Positions 23,921 through 34,537 of a DNA stretch of 62,776 bases are shown here, piece by piece. The notes under the pieces were generated by a model. It was not told where the DNA came from and did not search any database. It was given only the letters and a program-made list of their open reading frames with translations. The DNA is from Candidatus Omnitrophota bacterium. GTDB taxonomy: Bacteria > Omnitrophota > Gorgyraeia > Gygaellales > Profunditerraquicolaceae. Within the stretch, counting starts at the first letter, position 1, and the number at the start of each line of letters is the position of its first letter. Location of the stretch: assembly GCA_030691865.1 (NCBI GenBank), contig JAUYDL010000016.1:1-62776 (forward strand), in the 5' to 3' direction. The position numbers and the translations under genes are program-made.

Positions 23921-24388
23921 ATGGTAAAAGTGATTGAAGGTAAGTTGTTAGCAAAGGACATGAGTTTTGGTTTGGTGGCTTCGCGATTTAATGATTTTAT
24001 GACCAAGGAGCTGGTCAGCGGCTGTATCGATACTTTGGTCAGGCACGGCGCAGCAGATAAAGATATTACAGTAGTTTGGGCTCCCGGGGCATTTGAGATT
24101 CCCCTGGTTGCCCAGAAAATGGCTAAAGCTAAATCATTTGATGCCTTGATTTGTTTAGGTACGATTATCCGGGGAGCAACTCCGCATTTTGATTATATTG
24201 CTGCTGAAGTAGCTAAGGGGATAGCTAAGGTTTCTTTGGATAGCGGCCTACCGGTTATCTTTGGCGTAATTACTGCGGATAGTATTGAGCAGGCAGTAGA
24301 ACGCGCTGGCTCTAAGGATGGCAATAAAGGTAAAGATGCGGCTCTTTCTGCTATTGAGATGGTTAATTTAACGGGACAGTTGAAATAA
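23921..24388 (+). CDS. ribH: 6,7-dimethyl-8-ribityllumazine synthase
   Basis: 155 aa, [33 protein letters not shown] motifs. Confidence 0.93.
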   Translation: MVKVIEGKLLAKDMSFGLVASRFNDFMTKELVSGCIDTLVRHGAADKDITVVWAPGAFEIPLVAQKMAKAKSFDALICLGTIIRGATPHFDYIAAEVAKGIAKVSLDSGLPVIFGVITADSIEQAVERAGSKDGNKGKDAALSAIEMVNLTGQLK

Positions 24389-24395
24389 TAACCTG

Positions 24396-24513
24396 ATCCC
24401 GCCTCAGAAGCTATGCTGAAATTATCGTAGATAATTTCAGCATATTCGGCGGGATAAATTCGCGCATTAAGTTATGTCGATGCACTTAACGTATATCTCC
24501 ATAACTTAAGCGC
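24396..24513. repeat. two consecutive strong hairpins in the ribH-nusB spacer
   Basis: Hairpin 1: ATCCCGCC 24396-24403 / GGCGGGAT 24448-24455, with inner ATGCTGAAATTATC-gta-GATAATTTCAGCAT. Hairpin 2: GCGCaTTAAGTTATG 24462-24476 / CATAACTTAAGCGC 24500-24513. Confidence 0.75.
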
Positions 24514-24520
24514 TCATTTA

Positions 24521-24937
24521 ATGCGTAAACGGACTAAGGCACGTGAATATGTATTGCAGATGCTCTATCAGGTCGATATTACCCGGGGTAATTGGCAGGA
24601 AATTCTAGAAAATTTCTGTGCAAGTAACGACCGCCAAGATATGTCTGGTGAGCTTAAAGATTTCTCCGCCCAGCTGTTGGGGGGCGTGGTTGCCCATCTG
24701 CAGGAGATTGATAAAAAAATTAGCAAATATGCTACGAATTGGCAGCTTGAGCGTATGGCATTTGTGGACCGCAATATCATGCGTCTGGGCTGTTTTGAAC
24801 TTTTGTTTCGTGCGGATATTCCGCCCAAAGTTGCGATTAATGAAGCAGTGGAGCTAGCCAAGAAATATTCCGGCCTGGAGTCTGGTAAGTTTGTTAATGC
24901 CATACTGGATCAAATAAAAATTGAGAAAGAAAAATGA
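24521..24937 (+). CDS. nusB: transcription antitermination factor NusB
   Basis: 138 aa; R.KAREYVLQMLYQ...ERMAFVDRNIMRLGCFEL...INEAVELAKKY...KFVNAILD. Confidence 0.9.
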   Translation: MRKRTKAREYVLQMLYQVDITRGNWQEILENFCASNDRQDMSGELKDFSAQLLGGVVAHLQEIDKKISKYATNWQLERMAFVDRNIMRLGCFELLFRADIPPKVAINEAVELAKKYSGLESGKFVNAILDQIKIEKEK

Positions 24938-25749
24938 AATATGCTGATTTGCATGTGCATACCTCTTGCAGCGACGGCACATATGCACCCGCGCAATTGG
25001 TCAGGGAAGGTATCAGGCGGGGGATTTCTGCGCTGGCTATCGTTGATCATGATACGACCGAGGCGATTGGCGAAGCATTAGCCGAAGCTCAAGGAGAGGA
25101 TTTAGAGATAATCCCGGGCATTGAATTAACTGCCCGGCATGAGAATCAAGAGATACATATACTTGGGTATTTCCTGGATTATCGGAATAAAGAGCTACTT
25201 GAAAAATTAAAATTAGTACAGCTTAACCGTATCCAGCGGGTTTATAAAATAGTAGAAAATTTAGAGGGGTTGGGATTAAAGCTTAATCCGGTCACTGTTT
25301 TTAGTATTTCCGGGAAGGGCACGGTGGGCAGAATGCATATTGCCAGGGCATTAGTTAAGGAGGGTTTGGTGGGTTCTACCGCTGAGGCATTTCGCAGGTA
25401 TATCGGAGATAAATCTCCGGCTTATGTTTTGGGGTTTCGTCTTTCTGTGCCAGAGGCAATAAAATTAATTCATGCTGCAGGCGGTGTAGCGGTTTTAGCG
25501 CATCCTTATATGCTGCATAATGACGCATTGATTGCTGAATTTGCAGGTTATGGGTTAGAGGGTATAGAGGTGTATTATCCCGAGCATTCCCAGGCGATGG
25601 TTAATTTCTATTTAGATTTAGCTAAAAAGCTTAATCTTTTGGTTACCGGAGGAACGGATTTTCATGGCAGCGCAAAACCCCAGATAAAATTAGGCATGAT
25701 TAAAATACCGCTAGAGTTAGTGGAAAAACTAAGGCAGGCTAAAAAATGA
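24934..25749 (+). CDS. PHP-domain phosphoesterase (TrpH/YciV-like)
   Basis: ADLHVHTSCSDG, AIVDHDT, and AHP motifs; ATGA overlaps with both nusB and ribD. Confidence 0.85.
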   Translation: MKYADLHVHTSCSDGTYAPAQLVREGIRRGISALAIVDHDTTEAIGEALAEAQGEDLEIIPGIELTARHENQEIHILGYFLDYRNKELLEKLKLVQLNRIQRVYKIVENLEGLGLKLNPVTVFSISGKGTVGRMHIARALVKEGLVGSTAEAFRRYIGDKSPAYVLGFRLSVPEAIKLIHAAGGVAVLAHPYMLHNDALIAEFAGYGLEGIEVYYPEHSQAMVNFYLDLAKKLNLLVTGGTDFHGSAKPQIKLGMIKIPLELVEKLRQAKK

Positions 25750-26855
25750 TTAAACCGCTTGATGAATATTACATGGGTTTGGCTTTAAAATTAGCGCTTA
25801 AAGCCAAAGGGAAAACAACTCCTAATCCTTTAGTGGGCGCATTAGTGGTAAAAGCGGGTAAAATTATCGGCCGCGGTTTTCATGCTAAGGCCGGGTTTGC
25901 GCATGCGGAGATTATTGCTTTGGATGAAGCGGGCAAAAAGGCAAAAGGAGCAACTTTGTATGTTACTCTTGAGCCCTGCGCGCATACGGGCCGCACTCCA
26001 CCTTGTATTAATCGTATAATCGGAAGTGGTATAAAAGAAGTGGTGGTAGGGATGATCGATCCCAATCCTTTAAATAATGGCAAAGGTATTATGCTGCTTA
26101 AGCAGAGTAATATTAAAGTAAGGGTGGGAGTTCTTGGTGAGCGATTAAAAGAAATTAACGAAAGTTTTATAAAATATATTACTACCAGAATCCCTTTTAT
26201 TACGGTGAAAGTTGCTGAATCCCTGGATGGACGGATTGCTACCCGCACCGGTGATTCCAAGTGGATTACTTCGGATAAGTCACGGGCCTTTGCCCATAGA
26301 ATGCGTAAGGATTATGATGCGATTATGGTGGGGGTAAATACCGTGTTACGTGATAATCCCAGCCTGAATGCCTGGTTTTCTGGAAAAAAGTTAATTAAGA
26401 TAGTTGTTGATAGTAATTTGAGTATATCGGAAAATTCTAATATCTTTGCCGGAGATAGCCAGGTAATTATTATTACTTTACCCAGCCGGCCTGGCCAGGA
26501 AACGGAGAATCGCAAAAGCCTGGCCGCCAAAGCCAGGATTCTTGAGGTTAAGGAAAAAGCCGGCCAGATTAATTTACGTGATGCCTTAAAGAAGTTAGCG
26601 GGATTGCAAATAAGCAATATTATTGTGGAAGGCGGAGGTACCTTGATTGGTTCTCTTTTTGACGAAAGGTTAGTAGATAAGATTTTATTTTTTATCAGCC
26701 CCAAGATTATCGGAGGCAAAGACGCTGTTTCTTCGGTAATGGGTAATGGGGTTAAGCGTATAGATCAGGCGATAAAATTATGCGATTTAAAGATCAGGCG
26801 TTTTGGCGAAGAACTTTTAGTTGCGGCAAGGGTAAATTACTCTAGCTTTCGATAA
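25746..26855 (+). CDS. ribD: bifunctional diaminohydroxyphosphoribosylaminopyrimidine deaminase / 5-amino-6-(5-phosphoribosylamino)uracil reductase
   Basis: Deaminase zinc site HAEIIAL...PCAHTGRTPPC; C-terminal reductase domain; 369 aa. Confidence 0.93.
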   Translation: MIKPLDEYYMGLALKLALKAKGKTTPNPLVGALVVKAGKIIGRGFHAKAGFAHAEIIALDEAGKKAKGATLYVTLEPCAHTGRTPPCINRIIGSGIKEVVVGMIDPNPLNNGKGIMLLKQSNIKVRVGVLGERLKEINESFIKYITTRIPFITVKVAESLDGRIATRTGDSKWITSDKSRAFAHRMRKDYDAIMVGVNTVLRDNPSLNAWFSGKKLIKIVVDSNLSISENSNIFAGDSQVIIITLPSRPGQETENRKSLAAKARILEVKEKAGQINLRDALKKLAGLQISNIIVEGGGTLIGSLFDERLVDKILFFISPKIIGGKDAVSSVMGNGVKRIDQAIKLCDLKIRRFGEELLVAARVNYSSFR

Positions 26856-27446
26856 ATGTTTACTGGTATTGTTGAAGAATTAGGCCGGGTAAAAAAAATA
26901 GCGCACAGAGCAGGGGTGATCCTTTTAGAGGTCAGCGCCAAAAAGACATTGCTTGATACTAAGATTGGCGATAGTATTGCGGTTAATGGCGTCTGCCTTA
27001 CGGTAGTAAAAATAGACCCAGCCCCTGCGTGCAGGAGCTGGGCCAGTTTTGAGGTTATACATCAGACCTTTAAAAATACTAATCTGGGATTATTAAAAAT
27101 CGGACAAGCAGTCAATCTTGAGCGCAGCCTAAGGATAGGAGATAGAGTCAGCGGGCATTTTGTCAGCGGGCATATTGATTGTCTGGGCTTGGTGCGCAGG
27201 AAATCTTTGCGTAACGGGAGTGTTGAGCTTGAGATTTCTGTTCCGCCGGCTTTTGTACGTTATTGCCTGCCTAAGGGGTCGGTGTCTATTGACGGAATAA
27301 GCTTGACTTTAGCGGTGATACGCTCTAATATTTTTACGGTTTGTATCATTCCTCATACCCTTAAGAATACTACCCTAAGCTTTACCGGTCCGTCGGATAA
27401 GCTAAATGTAGAATTTGATATTCTCGCCAAAAGAAATTCTGTTTAA
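26856..27446 (+). CDS. ribE: riboflavin synthase alpha chain
   Basis: MFTGIVEE start and two lumazine-binding repeats (VNGVCLTV, IDGISLT). Confidence 0.92.
   Translation: MFTGIVEELGRVKKIAHRAGVILLEVSAKKTLLDTKIGDSIAVNGVCLTVVKIDPAPACRSWASFEVIHQTFKNTNLGLLKIGQAVNLERSLRIGDRVSGHFVSGHIDCLGLVRRKSLRNGSVELEISVPPAFVRYCLPKGSVSIDGISLTLAVIRSNIFTVCIIPHTLKNTTLSFTGPSDKLNVEFDILAKRNSV
27017..27042. repeat. family C palindromic element lying in-frame inside ribE
   Basis: CCCAGCCCCTGCGTGCAGGAGCTGGG forms hairpin CCCAGC-c-CCTGC-gt-GCAGG-a-GCTGGG. It encodes PAPACRSWA in a loop that is about 5 aa longer than in E. coli and B. subtilis RibE as I recall them. Confidence 0.6.
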
Positions 27447-27458
27447 CCCTTTCTATTA

Positions 27459-27487
27459 TTGCGTATACTGTAAATTTCTGGTATACT
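27459..27487 (+). promoter_or_regulatory. possible promoter for the HTH/LAGLIDADG-like ORF and tRNA-Pro
   Basis: TTGCGT 27459-27464, 17-nt spacer, TATACT 27482-27487. Confidence 0.35.
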
Positions 27488-27543
27488 AATTTTGTTTAGA
27501 ACCGATATAGATAGTGATTAGGGATTACTAAAGCAATGATTAT

Positions 27544-28230
27544 ATGAAATTAGCGGAAAAGGATAAGGCAAGGAAATTAAGAATGTTGGGACATTCAATG
27601 AAACAGATCGCTGTTTCATTGAATGTATCTAAAGGTTCTATAAGTAATTGGGTAAGAGATATAGCGTTACCCAAAGAAGTATTGGTTAATATTAATAATC
27701 AGTATATGATTGGCCGGGAAAAGGCACGGAAGACCCGTTTGAAGAATATCGTTCTTCGGCAGAATGAATTATTTCGTGTGTGTAGAAAGGAAATCATACC
27801 TTTTTTCCTAAGAGACCTTTGGGTGGCCGGATTGATGCTTTACGCGGGAGAAGGAAATAAATCATCTATTGTCTCAAATCAACATATTGAAATAGCCAAT
27901 TCCGATGCTGATATTCTCAGGATTTTTGTTCAATTTCTTATTAAAGTTTGCTATATTCCAAAAGAAAAAATTAGAGTTCGGTTGATATTGTATGAGGATA
28001 TTAATATAGAACAGGCACATAATTATTGGTCCAAGGAGCTTAATATTCCTAGAAGTCAATTTGGAAAAGAATTCATCAAGCCGAGCTATAAAGACTCTCC
28101 ATACCGGCATCTGCGTCGCTCTACTTATGGAACAGCGCATGTTTGTTTGTATGATGCAAAAATATATCGAAGAGTAATGGGGTGGTTGAAAGCTGCTTAT
28201 GAATGTCTTGTATTAGATAATATAGGTTAA
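27544..28230 (+). CDS. HTH plus LAGLIDADG-like domain protein (putative free-standing homing-endonuclease-like protein)
   Basis: N-terminal resolvase-type HTH KLRMLGHSMKQIAVSLNVSKGSISNWV. Dodecapeptide-like LWVAGLMLYAGEGNK. AT-rich codon usage. Confidence 0.45.
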   Translation: MKLAEKDKARKLRMLGHSMKQIAVSLNVSKGSISNWVRDIALPKEVLVNINNQYMIGREKARKTRLKNIVLRQNELFRVCRKEIIPFFLRDLWVAGLMLYAGEGNKSSIVSNQHIEIANSDADILRIFVQFLIKVCYIPKEKIRVRLILYEDINIEQAHNYWSKELNIPRSQFGKEFIKPSYKDSPYRHLRRSTYGTAHVCLYDAKIYRRVMGWLKAAYECLVLDNIG

Positions 28231-28231
28231 T

Positions 28232-28309
28232 CGGGAAGTAGCGTAGTTTGGCTAGCGCGCGACGTTCGGGACGTCGAGGTCGTGGGTTCGAATCCCACCT
28301 TCCCGACCA
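28232..28309 (+). tRNA. tRNA-Pro (anticodon CGG), CCA encoded
   Basis: Hand-folded cloverleaf: acceptor CGGGAAG/CTTCCCG, D-stem GCGT/GCGC, anticodon stem CGACG/CGTCG with loop TTCGGGA, T-arm GTGGG-TTCGAAT-CCCAC, discriminator A plus CCA. Confidence 0.9.
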
Positions 28310-28442
28310 AATTTTACTTTGTGGGTTTTTTAGTGAACAAGAAAAGGTTTCAACTTTCTCTTGCTGCTCAATGTACCCGCCAAGTATGAATTGGTCGAAG
28401 CTATTAAACGTCACTTGGCAAAATAAATTAAATTTAAGCTTT

Positions 28443-30729
<2,287 letters not shown>

Positions 30730-30730
30730 A

Positions 30731-30785
30731 GGGGACGGTTCTGTTTTTTTATAGAACTTGTCCAATAAAAAATAGAACCGTCCCC
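30731..30785. repeat. family A inverted repeat (12-bp stem), copy 1; probable terminator hairpin
   Basis: GGGGACGGTTCT 30731-30742 / AGAACCGTCCCC 30774-30785, 31-nt loop, starts 1 nt after the ligA stop. Confidence 0.85.
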
Positions 30786-30813
30786 ATGTTTTACGGGAAA
30801 AGGAGATGTTTAG

Positions 30814-31308
30814 ATGAGAGTAAAGAAAATATTATCGGTTTTATTATTTTGTTTTCTGCTGTTAGATTTATTAGGTTGTGAGGCTTTCACGCGTAAATTT
30901 ACCCGTAAATCCAAGAAGTCGGATGCTATGGTAGAGATGGTCCTTACCCCAGAAGAGTATAAAGGGCCGAACATGACTAAAGAGGAGATTTACCGGCAGT
31001 ATTATCTTTATTGGAACTCCTGGCAGGATGAGTTAATCAATGCCCTGACCCAAAAGGCAAGTTTAAAGAAAAAAGTAGATTGTGCCCAAGAGGCATTAAA
31101 GAATCTGGTTAATATGAAAATGATGTTGGTAGCAGATGCCCAGAAAAATTTTGACTCAGAGATTGCCAAGTTAAATGATCTCCTGGCTTATATAAAAAGT
31201 GATGTTTATGGGGCAAATGACAGCCGGAATCTGCGGGTAGCTGAGCGCATTAAGTCCAATATCCATAAGGGTTTTATTTATCCTAAGATAAGGAATTACT
31301 TAAAATGA
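30814..31308 (+). CDS. hypothetical lipoprotein
   Basis: Signal peptide with lipobox LLDLLGC; 164 aa. Confidence 0.6.
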   Translation: MRVKKILSVLLFCFLLLDLLGCEAFTRKFTRKSKKSDAMVEMVLTPEEYKGPNMTKEEIYRQYYLYWNSWQDELINALTQKASLKKKVDCAQEALKNLVNMKMMLVADAQKNFDSEIAKLNDLLAYIKSDVYGANDSRNLRVAERIKSNIHKGFIYPKIRNYLK

Positions 31309-31925
31309 TTTTAGAAACAGTTAATGTCGGCCCGATGCAGGTTAATTGTTATATTCTTGCCTGCGCTCAAGAAGGGCTGGCGATTATTATTGATCCCGGT
31401 GACGAGGTTCTTAAGATCAAGGCGGTTTTAGATAAGCATAGATTAAAGCCGGCCATGGTGATTAATACGCATGGGCATTATGACCATATTGGCAGCGATG
31501 ATGAATTTGGTGTTGCGGTTTATGTGCATAAAAAGGACTTACCGATGCTTGTCGATGCCAGAAAAAATCTTTCCACTAGTTTTTCATCGGCCCATAAGGT
31601 TAATTCTGAAATTAAAACATTAGAAGATAAAGAAATTATTAAATTAGATTGTTTGGAATTGGAAGTGATACATCTGCCCGGGCATACCCCGGGAGGTATC
31701 GGCCTTTTGATGAAAAAACCGCAAACGGATATCATCTTTACCGGTGACACCTTGTTTTATCAGGGTGTAGGGCGTTCTGATTTACCGGGCGGCAGCCAGC
31801 AGCTGTTAGAGGAGGCAATCAGGGAAAGATTATTCCTCCTGCCAGCCGATACTAAGGTTTATCCGGGGCATGGAGCAGCTACCACCATCGCAAGAGAAAA
31901 GAGCAGTAGTTCATTTGGATTATAA
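31305..31925 (+). CDS. MBL-fold metallo-hydrolase (glyoxalase II-like)
   Basis: HGHYDHIG motif, HLPGHTPG, and a C-terminal GH. Confidence 0.82.
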   Translation: MILETVNVGPMQVNCYILACAQEGLAIIIDPGDEVLKIKAVLDKHRLKPAMVINTHGHYDHIGSDDEFGVAVYVHKKDLPMLVDARKNLSTSFSSAHKVNSEIKTLEDKEIIKLDCLELEVIHLPGHTPGGIGLLMKKPQTDIIFTGDTLFYQGVGRSDLPGGSQQLLEEAIRERLFLLPADTKVYPGHGAATTIAREKSSSSFGL

Positions 31926-32812
31926 TGAAAGAACTTATTGATTCATTCCTAGATTATCTTTCGGTTGAGCGCGCCCTGGCTAAAAATACCATTGTTGCGT
32001 ATCGAGCGGATTTGAATCTTTATTTGGATTTTATTGGTAAACAAGGGATCGTTGTGCTTTCTAAAGCCACTAAAAATGATATTGTTGAATTCATGCTTTT
32101 TCAAAAAGCTAGAGGGATATCACCTGTGACTATTTCGCGCCGGCTGGCAGCGATACGCATGTTTCATCGTTTTTTAGCCAGGGAAAGAGTTTTAAAAAGC
32201 GATCCGACTATTTTGATTGATTCTCCGAAACTGTGGAAGAAGATTCCAGATACCCTTTCTTTAAATGAAGTGGAGGCATTAATTAGCCAACCTGATGTGC
32301 GCGGTCACCAGGGGGCCAGGGATAAGGCAATCTTAGAAACTCTTTATGCCACAGGAATGCGGGTATCGGAATTGAGTAATCTTAAAACTAATAATGTTAA
32401 TTTAGATATTGGATTTTTGCGCTGCATCGGAAAGGGTAATAAGGAACGGATTATTCCATTGGGCAAGAAAGCTATTCATAGTATTAATCGTTATTTAGAG
32501 TTTAGCCGGCCGCATTTTTTAAAGCAAAAAACTTCAGAGGTCCTTTTTATCAGCCGGTCCGGGGCTAAATTATCCCGGCAATCCGTTTGGAAATTGATTA
32601 AGCGGTATGCCAAAGAGGCTAAAATTAAGAAATCGATAAAAGTGCATACTCTCAGGCATTCATTTGCTACACATTTATTGGAGAGAGGCGCGGATCTGCG
32701 TTCAGTGCAGGAGATGCTGGGGCATTCCAATATCTCCACTACTCAGATTTATACGCATATTGATAAAGAGCGGCTTAAAACAATTCACAAGATGTTCCAT
32801 CCGCGTCCCTAG
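31925..32812 (+). CDS. xerD: site-specific tyrosine recombinase XerC/XerD family
   Basis: N-terminal SAM-like domain (FLDYLSVERALAKNTIVAYRADL). Catalytic region ATGMRVSEL, HTLRHSFATHLL, GHSNISTTQIYTH. Confidence 0.75.
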   Translation: MKELIDSFLDYLSVERALAKNTIVAYRADLNLYLDFIGKQGIVVLSKATKNDIVEFMLFQKARGISPVTISRRLAAIRMFHRFLARERVLKSDPTILIDSPKLWKKIPDTLSLNEVEALISQPDVRGHQGARDKAILETLYATGMRVSELSNLKTNNVNLDIGFLRCIGKGNKERIIPLGKKAIHSINRYLEFSRPHFLKQKTSEVLFISRSGAKLSRQSVWKLIKRYAKEAKIKKSIKVHTLRHSFATHLLERGADLRSVQEMLGHSNISTTQIYTHIDKERLKTIHKMFHPRP

Positions 32813-32824
32813 GAGTAGTAGTTA

Positions 32825-32867
32825 GCCTGCCTGCCCTGACTGCCGTCAGGCAGGCGGCAGGCAGGCA
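32825..32867. repeat. family D palindromic element downstream of xerD
   Basis: GCCTGCCTGCC 32825-32835 / GGCAGGCAGGC 32857-32867 with inner CCTGAC-tgcc-GTCAGG. Flanked by TAG-rich tracts. Confidence 0.75.
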
Positions 32868-32891
32868 GATAGCAGATAGATAGGTTAGAAG

Positions 32892-34166
32892 ATGAGAAAA
32901 TATTTTAAAAAATTACCCCGAGAACTAAGAGAGGTTATTAGTCAGGCCTCCCAGGTTTCCCAAGAAACCCGGATGCCGGCATATCTAGTTGGCGGATGCT
33001 TACGGGATTTAATTTTGGGGGTTAAGAACCTGGACTTAGATATTGCGATTGAAGGAAACGGCATTATTTTTGCTCAGAATCTGGCGCAAAAACTAAAATC
33101 AAGGCTAAAAACTCATGAACGGTTTGGAACGGCTATTTTAATTTTAAGCGATGGGTTAAAAGTGGATATTGCTACTACGCGTCAGGAAAAATATCCTTAT
33201 TCTGCAGCGCTTCCGGTGGTAAACTCAGGATCATTAAAGGAAGATCTTAAGCGCCGGGATTTTACGATCAATGCCATGGCAGTAAGCATAGCTGTAGATA
33301 AGGAGCAAAAAATAATTGATCCTTTTGGCGGTCAAGATGACCTGTCCTCAGGCAGAATTCGTATTTTACATAATTTAAGTTTTAAGGACGATCCCACGCG
33401 TATATTAAGGGCGATACGTTTTAGCCAGCGCTTTGATTTTAAGATTGAGCCTAAGACGCTGCTGTTGCTTAAGGAGGCAATAAGTGATGGTTTGTTAGAT
33501 AAAGTAAATCCCCATAGAATGCACGATGAATTGATATTAATGCTTAAAGAGCAGAATCCATTCAGGCCGATAAAGGAGCTTGACGACTTAGGCGCGTTGT
33601 CTTTTATCAGCACTAAACTAAAAATTGGCAAATCCACGCAGGCTTTATTTAAATCTATCTCTAAAGAGATTGCTTGGTTTGTTAAAAATTTTCCTGCGCG
33701 CAGACAACTGGATACCTGGTTGGTTTATTTTGCGGCACTCTTGGCACCACTTACTTGGCTTGAGATTAAATTGATTATTTACAGGCTAGGTTTGCGTAAG
33801 GGGGAACAAAAGCGGGTTACTAGTTATTACCGGGGGCGGAAAAAACTTATTTCTTCTTTGAGCAAAAAGCAGGTGGCGCCAGAACAGATCTTTTTATTAC
33901 TTGAACCTTTGAGTTATGAAACGATTATTTTACTTAGTGCTACGACGCCAAATAAAAATTTTAAAAAGTATTTGGCAGATTTTTTTGAGATTTATAATGG
34001 TATGCGTCTTTGCATCTCTGGGCATGATCTGGGAGGTTTGGGTGTTTTACCGGGGCCAGAGTATCAAAAGATATTTGCTAAAGTATTAACGGCCAAACTT
34101 AACGGCCAGGTAAGGAATCGCCAGACTGAGCTGGCTTTGATCAGGAAGTTAGTGCAGGCAACATAA
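32892..34166 (+). CDS. cca: CCA-adding enzyme / poly(A) polymerase-family tRNA nucleotidyltransferase
   Basis: GGCLRDLILG, DLDIAIEG, RRDFTINAM head-domain motifs. Confidence 0.75.
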   Translation: MRKYFKKLPRELREVISQASQVSQETRMPAYLVGGCLRDLILGVKNLDLDIAIEGNGIIFAQNLAQKLKSRLKTHERFGTAILILSDGLKVDIATTRQEKYPYSAALPVVNSGSLKEDLKRRDFTINAMAVSIAVDKEQKIIDPFGGQDDLSSGRIRILHNLSFKDDPTRILRAIRFSQRFDFKIEPKTLLLLKEAISDGLLDKVNPHRMHDELILMLKEQNPFRPIKELDDLGALSFISTKLKIGKSTQALFKSISKEIAWFVKNFPARRQLDTWLVYFAALLAPLTWLEIKLIIYRLGLRKGEQKRVTSYYRGRKKLISSLSKKQVAPEQIFLLLEPLSYETIILLSATTPNKNFKKYLADFFEIYNGMRLCISGHDLGGLGVLPGPEYQKIFAKVLTAKLNGQVRNRQTELALIRKLVQAT

Positions 34167-34186
34167 TAGAAACGGAGCGGGAAACG

Positions 34187-34537
34187 ATGTCCAGGCATAA
34201 ACGTGTTGAAGAGGCGATAAAAAAAGAGGTTAGTCTTATTATCCATGATGAGCTTAAAGATCCACGCATAGGTTTTGTTACGATCACGCGGGTGGAGTTG
34301 TCCAGGGACTTAAGAAACGCGAAAATTTTTTATAGCGTTTTGGGTAAAGAGGACTCTTGTAAAAAAACCAAAATCGCTTTAGATTCTGCTTTAGGTTATA
34401 TCCGTAGCCTGGTTGCTCAAAGGATTAACATGCGTTTTGCCACTGAGCTTATGTTTTGCGAGGATCATTCTACTAAGCATAGTGTCAAGATCCAAGAGGT
34501 ATTAAACAAGATAAAGGAGACTGATGAGCCTAAATGA
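34187..34537 (+). CDS. rbfA: 30S ribosome-binding factor RbfA
   Basis: 116 aa, R..RV...I.KE.S.II..ELKDPR.GFVTIT.VELS.DLR.AKI.YSV. Confidence 0.9.
   Translation: MSRHKRVEEAIKKEVSLIIHDELKDPRIGFVTITRVELSRDLRNAKIFYSVLGKEDSCKKTKIALDSALGYIRSLVAQRINMRFATELMFCEDHSTKHSVKIQEVLNKIKETDEPK

Noticed and set aside
24568-24903. Alternative-frame ORFs overlapping nusB (24568-24903 minus strand, 24618-24857 plus strand)
   Set aside because: The nusB frame carries the recognisable NusB motifs. The overlapping frames have none.
28248-28442. Long N-terminal extension of the acylphosphatase ORF (start 28248)
   Set aside because: It overlaps tRNA-Pro (28232-28309) and its spacer. The acylphosphatase fold starts at the ATG at 28443 (MKKIAHVYYSGRVQGIGFRY).
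31925-32812. Tyrosine recombinase as a marker of an integrated mobile element
   Set aside because: The sequence and length fit chromosomal XerC/XerD. The neighbours are housekeeping genes (MBL hydrolase, cca). There are no direct att-like repeats, phage genes or plasmid genes nearby. The adjacent palindrome belongs to a dispersed repeat family.
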